29,712 nucleotides of DNA from a virus (Duplodnaviria > Caudoviricetes): IMG/VR virus record IMGVR_UViG_3300007670_000008, positions 1 through 29,712 of that record; one strand, written 5' to 3'. The position numbers and the translations under genes are program-made. Below are positions 1 through 7,659 of this stretch, piece by piece (positions within the stretch are counted from its first letter, which is position 1; each line of letters starts with the position of its first letter). The notes under the pieces were generated by a model, which saw only the letters and a list, made by a program, of their open reading frames with translations, had not been told where the DNA came from and did not search any database.

Positions 1-52
1 AAACAAAGAAGTTTTAAAATGTCAAATATTCACAGGACGAGGTAAATTTTAA
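1..52 (+). CDS. 3' end of small hypothetical gene (allele of 28961..29056)
   Basis: Reads ..NKEVLKCQIFTGRGKF*; the copy at 29005-29056 reads ..NKEVLKCQVFTGRGKF*. Confidence 0.6.
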   Translation, partial: NKEVLKCQIFTGRGKF

Positions 53-55
53 ATT

Positions 56-262
56 ATGGACATACAAATACAGGATAAAAACGTTTTAAGCGTTATGGCG
101 CGATTTAAAGAACGTTCCGAAGCTGGAATGAAGAAATACAAAACAACGTTAGAACGAACCGATTTAAGCACGTTAGAATGGCTTACACACGCACAGGAAG
201 AAGCAATGGACTTTGTTCTATACTTGGAGCGATTAAAACACGAATATAAACAATCTAAATAA
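56..262 (+). CDS. Conserved phage protein, possibly MazG/NTP-pyrophosphatase-like helical fold
   Basis: 68 aa with GxKKYxTTLxRxDL..WL.HAQEEAMD motif (EExxD); second allele at 29542 differs almost only at synonymous sites. Confidence 0.7.
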   Translation: MDIQIQDKNVLSVMARFKERSEAGMKKYKTTLERTDLSTLEWLTHAQEEAMDFVLYLERLKHEYKQSK

Positions 263-269
263 ATAAAAA

Positions 270-527
270 ATGGAAACAAGAAACAACACAGGAGCAATTT
301 TTAAGAACGACAACAAAAAAGCCGAGAACCACCCAGACTACAAAGGCAAGGTTCTAGTCAACGGCAAAGAAATGGAAATAGCACTATGGCTTAAGACTTC
401 CGCAAAGGGAGTTAATTATTTTAGCGCAAGTTTTAGCGAGCCGTACATTAAACCAGATGAGCCACAAATAAAAAACAATGAGCCACAATACAAAGTGCTG
501 GATACAAACGATGATCTACCTTTTTGA
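270..527 (+). CDS. Single-stranded DNA-binding protein (DUF736-like)
   Basis: GAIFKN..HPDYKG..IALW core and acidic C-terminal DDLPF tail typical of SSBs. Confidence 0.75.
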   Translation: METRNNTGAIFKNDNKKAENHPDYKGKVLVNGKEMEIALWLKTSAKGVNYFSASFSEPYIKPDEPQIKNNEPQYKVLDTNDDLPF

Positions 528-528
528 T

Positions 529-720
529 ATGCACATACAGGATGAACAATTACGCAAGGAAGTACAAAAACTTTTAGTGTTTAAAAAACGAAACAACATC
601 GTTAAGGAAATACAAAGCAAGGGGGTGACCTTCCATTTTTTTCAACTTACTAATTTTTTAGAAGGCAGGGACGTATCACTTTCAACGCTTAAAAAAATAG
701 ATTATTACGTAAATAAATAA
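529..720 (+). CDS. Small putative HTH DNA-binding protein
   Basis: ATG just after the SSB stop; C-terminal LTNFLEGRDVSLSTLKKI resembles XRE/Cro-type helices. Confidence 0.5.
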   Translation: MHIQDEQLRKEVQKLLVFKKRNNIVKEIQSKGVTFHFFQLTNFLEGRDVSLSTLKKIDYYVNK

Positions 721-741
721 CAGCCTTTGAACAATAAAACG

Positions 742-874
742 CAGAAACCCAGAATTCGATTTAAACCGCTTTTAATGCGATGTAACGGCTTTTGTTTTTC
801 TATGAACAGGTAATACCTTTTTTAAGAGATCTGCGTTCTTCAATGCAGTCGTGGGATACAAAGGGGCTAAAAAA
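742..874. repeat. Dispersed ~130-bp intergenic element, copy 1
   Basis: Ungapped alignment to 13411..13543; identical 27-mer ATACCTTTTTTAAGAGATCTGCGTTCT at 813..839 and 13482..13508. Confidence 0.85.
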
Positions 875-908
875 TATGTAAAACAGATAGAAAAAACACC
901 AGAAACGT

Positions 909-938
909 AGGCGCAGACTTAATTGTTTGCGCTTTTTT
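909..938 (+). terminator. Rho-independent terminator ending the early/replication transcript
   Basis: GCGCAGAC-TTAATT-GTTTGCGC stem-loop followed by T6. Confidence 0.75.
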
Positions 939-966
939 GCATTACAAACAATTTATTGTTAATAAC

Positions 967-1004
967 TACATTTGTTAATTGTTGAAAAATTAATCATACA
1001 TTTG
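967..1004 (+). promoter_or_regulatory. Bacteroidota housekeeping-sigma promoter upstream of the phage sigma gene
   Basis: TACATTTG (-7 consensus TAnnTTTG) at 997..1004 and again at 967..974; -33 spacing is imperfect. Confidence 0.55.
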
Positions 1005-1028
1005 CTTAATATCTAAACAATAAAAAAA

Positions 1029-1568
1029 TTGGAATGGTTAAATAAAGTTGCGAAACATCACAACGAATGGGTTAAAATGGTAAACACTTTTGGCGAGTAT
1101 TTCTTTGCCGAAGACATCGTCCAAGAAACTTATATTATGCTTATGAAGTGGAGCAGCGAAGAAAAAATGTTCAAAGACGGAAACATAAGCAAGGGTTATA
1201 TGTGGCTCGCTTTAAAAAATACTTTCCTTCAACATGTGAACAAAAAGAACAAAATCAAATTTATATCATTAGACGAAGCGCATAATTTAACAGACGAAAA
1301 CAACACCGAAGAAAACGAAGCATACAATGATCTATTAAACAACATAGATAATGAGTGCGACAGTTGGCACTGGTACGATAAAAAACTATTTGAACTTTAC
1401 AAAAACACAGATAAGAGTTTAAGACAAATAAGCGCAGAAACAAACATAAGCGTTACGAGTATTTTTAACACGGTTAAAACTTGCAAAAAACGAATAAAGA
1501 ATAAAATAGGGGAAGACTACGAAGACTTCATAAACAAAGATTACGAACTAATAAAAAAGAAAAAATGA
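1029..1568 (+). CDS. Phage-encoded sigma-70/ECF-like sigma factor (TTG start)
   Basis: Region-2-like AEDIVQETYI..YMWLALKN and region-4 HTH SLRQISAETNISVTSIFNTVK. Confidence 0.8.
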   Translation: MEWLNKVAKHHNEWVKMVNTFGEYFFAEDIVQETYIMLMKWSSEEKMFKDGNISKGYMWLALKNTFLQHVNKKNKIKFISLDEAHNLTDENNTEENEAYNDLLNNIDNECDSWHWYDKKLFELYKNTDKSLRQISAETNISVTSIFNTVKTCKKRIKNKIGEDYEDFINKDYELIKKKK

Positions 1569-1951
1569 AAAACGAAAGTAAAGGATTAGGCGACACAATC
1601 GCGAAAATTACAAAAGCAACAGGAATCGATAAAGTTGTTAAATTTATTGCAGGCGAGGATTGCGGATGCGATGAACGCAAAGAAAAACTAAATAAATTAT
1701 TTCCTTACGCAAAACCTTTGTGTTTAACTGAGGATGAGTTCAATACGCTGGATGTTTATTTTAAGCAAAACACGGAAACCTTAACCAGCGATGAACAAAT
1801 AAGTTTAATAGCAATAAACAACCGAGTGCTAAGTCAAAGATTAACTTTTTCTAGTTGCTCAAGTTGCCTGCGTGATTTAGTAGGAAAGTTAAGAGTTATC
1901 TATAACGAATACACACCAGAACAAACTGAAAATGCAGGTAGCGAAGGTTAA
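1565..1951 (+). CDS. Hypothetical Cys-motif protein
   Basis: 128 aa; GLGDTI..DCGCDERK and CSSC motifs; overlaps the stop of the sigma gene. Confidence 0.7.
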   Translation: MKNESKGLGDTIAKITKATGIDKVVKFIAGEDCGCDERKEKLNKLFPYAKPLCLTEDEFNTLDVYFKQNTETLTSDEQISLIAINNRVLSQRLTFSSCSSCLRDLVGKLRVIYNEYTPEQTENAGSEG

Positions 1952-3194
1952 GATTAACAGCATAAAGACGAACCCAAAGAACCCACGTTTAATTAAAGAC
2001 GACAAGTTTAAAAAGTTAGTCAATTCAATTAAGGAGTTCCCGCAAATGTTAGAACTACGGCCAATAGTTGTAGATGAAAACAATATAATACTAGGGGGAA
2101 ACATGCGACACAAGGCATGCATTGAAGCAGGGCTGAAAGAAGTTTTTATTGTACAGGCGAAAGATTTAACCGAAGAACAAAAAGACGAATTCATAGTCAA
2201 AGATAATCTAGGCTTCGGAGAATGGGACTGGGATATATTAGCCAATGAATGGGACATAGACAAGTTGGAAGATTGGGGCTTAGACTTACCGTTGGATGTA
2301 AGCGTAGAGGAACTAGAAGCCGAAGAAGATAACTACGATATACCAGACGAAATAAACACGGACATAGTAATAGGCGACTTATTCGAAATAGGAGAACACA
2401 GACTACTATGCGGAGACAGCACACAAGTCGACACATGGCAAAAAGTAATGGATGACAAACTCTGCGACATGGTTATGACCGATCCCCCGTATAATGTAGA
2501 TTACGAAGGCGGCACAGGATTAAAGATTATAAATGACAGCATGAGTAATTCAAGTTTTTATCAATTTTTATACGACTTTTATACCGCACTAGGAAGTTAC
2601 ACAAAAAAGGGCGGGGCTTGGTATGTTTGGCACGCAGACAGCGAAGGCGCAAATTTTAGGCAAGCAATGAAAGACTCGGGAATACTTTTAAAGCAATGCT
2701 TAATATGGGTTAAAAATTCAATGGTTATGGGAAGGCAAGACTACCAATGGAAACACGAACCATGCCTGTACGGATGGAAGGAAGGAGCATCGCATTATTT
2801 CACAAACGAAAGAACCCACACAACGGTTATAGAGGATAAGGTAGATATTAAAAAACTAACCAAAGACGAAATGAAAAAAATGCTAACTGAAATGTTAAGC
2901 GATAAAAACAAAACAACAATAATTAACTGCGACAAACCACACCGAAGTGCAGAACACCCGACAATGAAACCAATTTTATTATTGGCACCATTAATTCAAA
3001 ATAGTTCAAAAGAAAATGAAATAGTTGCAGACGGCTTTCTAGGAAGCGGAAGCACAATGGTAGCAGCACACCAATTAAAAAGAAAATGCTACGGCCTAGA
3101 ACTTGATCCGAAATATTGCCAAGTGATAGTAGACCGAATGAAAAAACTAGATCCGAGTTTAAAGATTAAACGCAACGGAGAATTAATAAAGTAA
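1932..3194 (+). CDS. ParB-like N-terminal domain fused to N6/N4 DNA methyltransferase
   Basis: NPKNPR..RPIVVDE..GGNMR (ParB-N); DPPY catalytic motif precedes HPTMKP and DGFLGSGST SAM motif (beta order). Confidence 0.9.
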   Translation: MQVAKVKINSIKTNPKNPRLIKDDKFKKLVNSIKEFPQMLELRPIVVDENNIILGGNMRHKACIEAGLKEVFIVQAKDLTEEQKDEFIVKDNLGFGEWDWDILANEWDIDKLEDWGLDLPLDVSVEELEAEEDNYDIPDEINTDIVIGDLFEIGEHRLLCGDSTQVDTWQKVMDDKLCDMVMTDPPYNVDYEGGTGLKIINDSMSNSSFYQFLYDFYTALGSYTKKGGAWYVWHADSEGANFRQAMKDSGILLKQCLIWVKNSMVMGRQDYQWKHEPCLYGWKEGASHYFTNERTHTTVIEDKVDIKKLTKDEMKKMLTEMLSDKNKTTIINCDKPHRSAEHPTMKPILLLAPLIQNSSKENEIVADGFLGSGSTMVAAHQLKRKCYGLELDPKYCQVIVDRMKKLDPSLKIKRNGELIK

Positions 3195-3213
3195 ACAGCG
3201 AAATTACAGCGAT

Positions 3214-3552
3214 ATGCCGAACCCAGAAAACATAACAAAACACGAATTTAATAAAGGCGAAAGCGGAAACCCAAACGGCCGACCAAAGGGACGAAAGAAC
3301 CGCAGCACGATAGCAAGGCAATGGCTGGAAGTTAATCAAAGTTTAAAGAACCCTTTAACAGGCGAACAGGAAACAATGTCACAGGAAGACTTAATGACCT
3401 TAGCACTAATTAAAAAAGCAAGGGACGGAGACGTTACTGCTTACAAGGCATTAATGGATAGTGGATACGGAGCACCAGTTCAACAGATAGAACAAACAAA
3501 CATAGAACAGCCACTCTTCCCAGATGTTAATACGGACGACTGCAATATCTAA
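3214..3552 (+). CDS. terS: Terminase small subunit
   Basis: FNKGESGNPNGRPKG motif; directly upstream of and overlapping the large subunit. Confidence 0.75.
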   Translation: MPNPENITKHEFNKGESGNPNGRPKGRKNRSTIARQWLEVNQSLKNPLTGEQETMSQEDLMTLALIKKARDGDVTAYKALMDSGYGAPVQQIEQTNIEQPLFPDVNTDDCNI

Positions 3553-4684
3553 GATTGCAAAATTAAACAAGCGAATAAAAATAATACAGGGCGGAACTTC
3601 GGCGGGTAAAACTTTCGGAGTTATTCCTTTATTGATAGACATAGCAACCAAGCACAGCAACACCGAAATAAGTATTGTATCTGAAAGCATCCCGCATTTA
3701 AGACGGGGTGCCGTTAAAGATTTTCTAAAAATAATGCGGTGGTCTAATCGTTTATTTGAAGACAAATTTAATAAGTCTTTATTAAGATACGAATTTTCAA
3801 ACGGATCATACATAGAATTTTTTAGTGCAGATGACAGCAGCAAGTTAAGGGGAGCGAGACGCGACATTCTATACATTAACGAATGCAATAACGTAACCTT
3901 TGAAGCATACAACGAACTAGCAATAAGAACCAAAAAACGAATATACCTAGACTTCAACCCAGCAAATGAATTCTGGGTACACACCGAACTAAAAGACGAA
4001 CCAGATACGGACTTCTTAATTTTGACGTACAAAGACAACGAAGCACTCGATGAAAGGATTGTAACGGAAATAGAAAAGAACCGCTTAAAAGCCACGACAA
4101 GCAGTTATTGGGCTAATTGGTGGCGAGTTTACGGCGAAGGATTAGTGGGAATGTTAGAGGGGGTTATTTTCAGTAATTGGAAATTTATAGACAGGATACC
4201 AAAGGAAGCGCAACTACTAGGTTACGGCTTAGACTTTGGATACACAAACGATCCCACAAGTATTATAGAAGTTTACAATTTTAACGGCTCCAGAATACTA
4301 AACGAAATCTGTTACCAGACAGGGCTATTAAATAACGACATAGCAAAGAAACTACAAAAAAACGTAATAGCATACGCAGACAGCAGCGAACCAAAAAGCA
4401 TCGAGGAAATAAAAAGAACAGGCCAACAAATAAAGGGAGTGACAAAGGGAGCAGACTCCGTAAATTACGGCATACAAATAATGCAATCGCAAAATTATTT
4501 AGTAACTTCACAAAGCACAAATTTAATAAAAGAGTTGAGGGCTTATTGTTGGGACGCAGACAAAACAGGTAAGACGCTAAACAAACCGCAAGGAAAAAAC
4601 GATCACGCAATAGACGCAGTTAGATACCACGAAATGGAGACGCTAGGATTAAACAGCACACACGGAAAATATTTTATACGATGA
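3524..4684 (+). CDS. terL: Terminase large subunit (PBSX/Terminase_3-like)
   Basis: Walker A QGGTSAGKT, LRGARRD, Walker B ILYINE, DFNP, nuclease GLDFG and DHAIDAVRY. Confidence 0.95.
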   Translation: MLIRTTAISKIAKLNKRIKIIQGGTSAGKTFGVIPLLIDIATKHSNTEISIVSESIPHLRRGAVKDFLKIMRWSNRLFEDKFNKSLLRYEFSNGSYIEFFSADDSSKLRGARRDILYINECNNVTFEAYNELAIRTKKRIYLDFNPANEFWVHTELKDEPDTDFLILTYKDNEALDERIVTEIEKNRLKATTSSYWANWWRVYGEGLVGMLEGVIFSNWKFIDRIPKEAQLLGYGLDFGYTNDPTSIIEVYNFNGSRILNEICYQTGLLNNDIAKKLQKNVIAYADSSEPKSIEEIKRTGQQIKGVTKGADSVNYGIQIMQSQNYLVTSQSTNLIKELRAYCWDADKTGKTLNKPQGKNDHAIDAVRYHEMETLGLNSTHGKYFIR

Positions 4685-4845
4685 ACAATCTACAAGTAAT
4701 GATGGAAGCGGTACAGATTTACATCTACCAAAAGAAAGGAGTAAAAGTAAGAATTTATTTAAGGGACATCCGAGACATTAACTTACTAAAACAAGCATAC
4801 GATTACATACAACAAAACCAACACAACAAAAACACGAATAATTAA
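4681..4845 (+). CDS. Small hypothetical protein (54 aa)
   Basis: ATGA overlap with terL stop; MNNLQVMMEAVQIYIYQKKG.. Confidence 0.55.
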   Translation: MNNLQVMMEAVQIYIYQKKGVKVRIYLRDIRDINLLKQAYDYIQQNQHNKNTNN

Positions 4846-4851
4846 TTATAT
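4823..4851 (+). promoter_or_regulatory. Putative late promoter 1
   Basis: ACAACAAA-N13-AATTATAT, same spacing as three other copies. Confidence 0.7.
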
Positions 4852-4856
4852 ACTAT

Positions 4857-5600
4857 ATGAAGTTAGAACTAAACGTACCGACAAGTTTAAATGAAATTAC
4901 TTTAGGGCAATATCAAAAGTTTTTAATTACAAAAGACGGAAGCAACGATGAGGAATTCGTAGCACAAAAAATGATAGAGATTTTCTGCGGAATACAATTA
5001 AAAGAAATAGCAAAAATGAAGTTAACGGACATTAACGATTTAATATTACACTTCACAAAAATATTTGATGTTACCCCGAAGTTTCAACCAACCTTCAAAA
5101 TAGGCACGCAGGAGTTCGGATTTATTACAAGCCTTGAGGATATATCATTCGGCGAATACGTAGACCTAGAAAACAACTTATTAAAGTGGGAAACATACCA
5201 CAAAGCGATGGCCGTGATGTACAGGCCAATAACACTAAAATTTAAAAACCAATATAAGATCGCAGACTACGAACCGAACAAAGACATGCAGGATTTAATG
5301 AAGTTCGCACCAGTTGACATAGCGATAGGTTCGAGTGTTTTTTTTTGGAGTTTAGGAAGCGACTTATTACAAAGTTCGCTTTCTTATTTGGAGAAGGAAA
5401 TGGAGAAGAATCCGAAGATGGCGGAGAGTTTAATGAAACGGCTCAATTCGCAAAACACTGGGGATGGTACCAATCAATTTATGCACTTGCACAAGGAGAC
5501 ATTACAAGATTTGAAGCAATTACCAAACATAAACTTATTGAGTGTCTCACCTATCTCACCTTCGAAAAACAAAAGCAAGAAATCGAGCAAAGGGAACTAA
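4857..5600 (+). CDS. Putative tail assembly chaperone (0-frame product)
   Basis: First gene of tail module; T9 slippery run at 5338..5346 leads into an open -1 frame. Confidence 0.55.
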   Translation: MKLELNVPTSLNEITLGQYQKFLITKDGSNDEEFVAQKMIEIFCGIQLKEIAKMKLTDINDLILHFTKIFDVTPKFQPTFKIGTQEFGFITSLEDISFGEYVDLENNLLKWETYHKAMAVMYRPITLKFKNQYKIADYEPNKDMQDLMKFAPVDIAIGSSVFFWSLGSDLLQSSLSYLEKEMEKNPKMAESLMKRLNSQNTGDGTNQFMHLHKETLQDLKQLPNINLLSVSPISPSKNKSKKSSKGN

Positions 5601-5620
5601 AAAAAATACATAAAAGATGA
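5345..5620 (+). CDS. -1 frameshift extension of the 4857 gene (GT-like)
   Basis: -1 frame entered at the T9 run; protein-like HWGWYQSIYALAQGD; its stop overlaps the next start (ATGA 5617..5620). Confidence 0.65.
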   Translation: MEFRKRLITKFAFLFGEGNGEESEDGGEFNETAQFAKHWGWYQSIYALAQGDITRFEAITKHKLIECLTYLTFEKQKQEIEQRELKKIHKR

Positions 5621-6072
5621 CAGGATACTACAACTTATTAGACAAACTTAAAGCACACTTTGATGCAGACGCGATCGTTAACACGGTAACACAGGGCGAC
5701 ATTTTTAAAGTAGATTTAAGCAAACAAACGATATTCCCTTTATTGCATATTATGGTTAATAACTGCACAATAAACGGAACAACAACAAGTTGGAATGTTA
5801 GCCTTATAGCAATGGATGTGGTCGACATTTCAAAAAGCCAGACAACCGATATATTTTTAGGGAACGACAACGAAATCGATGTGCTGAACACACAGCACGC
5901 AGTATTAAATCGAGCCTTTGAAATAATGAAGCGAGGGAGTTTAATGTACGATTTATTCCAAATAGAAGGCACCGCAACACTTGAACCATTTACCGAACGC
6001 TTCGAAAATTACATGGCAGGCTGGACAATGACATTCGATATTTTAACACCGAACGAAATGACAATCTGCTAA
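5617..6072 (+). CDS. Putative tail terminator/completion protein
   Basis: 151 aa; FPLLHI and final GWTMTFDI strand resemble tail terminators; position. Confidence 0.5.
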   Translation: MTGYYNLLDKLKAHFDADAIVNTVTQGDIFKVDLSKQTIFPLLHIMVNNCTINGTTTSWNVSLIAMDVVDISKSQTTDIFLGNDNEIDVLNTQHAVLNRAFEIMKRGSLMYDLFQIEGTATLEPFTERFENYMAGWTMTFDILTPNEMTIC

Positions 6073-6073
6073 G

Positions 6074-6613
6074 ATGAACCAAAGCGAAGTACAAACACAA
6101 CTAGAAAAATTTAGAGACTACGTTATTAGCGAAGCACGAAGGAATTTAACCAGCGGAAACAAGAACCACACCAAAGGACTATATGAAAGTTTAAAGGGTA
6201 ATGTTAAGTCAAGCCCGAATAGTTTTTATATGGACTTCGAAATGAATATATACGGCCAATTCCAAGACAAAGGAGTAAAGGGAGTCGGCGGGGTTCGAAA
6301 CACAACTAGCAAATTTAATAGATCAAACAACAAGGGCAAAATGTGGAAGCAGAACGCAACCAACAGCCCCTTTAAATTCAAAGAAGGAGTAAAGCCCAGC
6401 GTTAAGCATTTTCTGCAATGGAGCGCAAACAAAGGACTAAATCCGTACGCAGTTAGAGAAAGCGTTTATCATCAAGGAATTAAACCTTCTTTATTTTTTA
6501 CAACACCATTCGAAAGGGCATTTTTAAGACTACCAGATGAACTTATAGAAAAATTCGGACTAGACATAGAAAATTTATTTAATCAAGCAATAAACAAAAA
6601 CCAAAAGAAATAA
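6074..6613 (+). CDS. Putative neck/tail completion protein (HK97 gp10-like)
   Basis: Basic; GLYESL, YGQFQDKG, GIKPSLFF motifs. Confidence 0.55.
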   Translation: MNQSEVQTQLEKFRDYVISEARRNLTSGNKNHTKGLYESLKGNVKSSPNSFYMDFEMNIYGQFQDKGVKGVGGVRNTTSKFNRSNNKGKMWKQNATNSPFKFKEGVKPSVKHFLQWSANKGLNPYAVRESVYHQGIKPSLFFTTPFERAFLRLPDELIEKFGLDIENLFNQAINKNQKK

Positions 6614-7659
6614 TGGCAAACATATATGCACGATCCCCGTATATTATTAGAATAGCGCAACCAACACAACTAGGCTCAAAACTAACAATTTTTTTAAGCA
6701 GCACAACTTTTACTCCTTTACCGCAATACACGCTAAGCAAGTTAATACCTTCCCCGACAAACGTTAATACACTATACGACATAAGCCCGTACATTAGAGA
6801 ATACATAAGATTTAATTTATGTGCCGCAGGGGGAAACGCGGCAGTAACAAACCCGACAAACGAACGAGTAAATGTACAACTTAAACTTTATGAATATGAC
6901 GGAACGGTTTATACACAAGTAGGAGCGACACAAACGCATATAGCATTTGACGGCTATACATACTACGAAGAACTATATAATAAAGATTTAGGAAACTACG
7001 GACTAGACGCAGGGAATTATTACTACAACCCGACAAGCGATGCAGGAAAAATACGAGTAACAGGGGGCGCAAGTTTTACGGCAAAATATACAAGTTTTGA
7101 TTTAATACCAGCGATCACAAGTTTAGCAGTTTCAAATTCAACGTTTGACATTCCACGCGTAAGAACTGCCAACGTTTTAGTAGGGAACAAAGTGGAAATT
7201 TTAAATGCCGCTTCCGTAGTGCAGGCGACTTGGAATTTTTACCCACAGGATGAATGTAAATATACACCTGTAATTATTGACTTTGTAAATAGATACGGAG
7301 CATGGCAAAGGGAGTTTTTCTTCAAAGCAAGCACTGATAATTTTAACATTGAAAGCACAGAATACAACTTACTACAGACTTCACAATTTCCGTCAACTTT
7401 TTACAGCGGGCTGGAAGGCCAAAGAAAAACATTTAACACCAACGGAAAGAAAAGCGTTAAAGTAAATACAGGATGGGTAAAAGAAACATGGAAAGAAGTT
7501 TTAAAACAAATAATGCTGAGCGAAAGAATTTTAATAGACAACAAACCAGCAAAGATAAACACCAAGAGCACAGAACTATTTAAACAGATAAACACGAAAC
7601 AAATAAATTATAGTTTAGAGTTTGAGTTTGCATACGATGTAATTAATTCCGTAATATAA
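6613..7659 (+). CDS. Tail/baseplate structural protein
   Basis: 348 aa beta-rich; ARSPY, FVNRYGAW, VNTGWV; coupled to neighbours. Confidence 0.6.
   Translation: MANIYARSPYIIRIAQPTQLGSKLTIFLSSTTFTPLPQYTLSKLIPSPTNVNTLYDISPYIREYIRFNLCAAGGNAAVTNPTNERVNVQLKLYEYDGTVYTQVGATQTHIAFDGYTYYEELYNKDLGNYGLDAGNYYYNPTSDAGKIRVTGGASFTAKYTSFDLIPAITSLAVSNSTFDIPRVRTANVLVGNKVEILNAASVVQATWNFYPQDECKYTPVIIDFVNRYGAWQREFFFKASTDNFNIESTEYNLLQTSQFPSTFYSGLEGQRKTFNTNGKKSVKVNTGWVKETWKEVLKQIMLSERILIDNKPAKINTKSTELFKQINTKQINYSLEFEFAYDVINSVI

Noticed and set aside
1-226. True direct terminal repeats
   Set aside because: Copies differ at 14 mostly synonymous sites and by a 482-bp insertion; physical terminal repeats should be identical
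478-528. Upstream start for ORF 478..720
   Set aside because: Overlaps the SSB C-terminus; ATG 529 follows its stop
1932-3194. Restriction-modification system pairing the methylase with the 29060 nuclease
   Set aside because: Not adjacent, and ParB-methylase fusions beside terminase are common orphan phage genes; cannot be fully excluded
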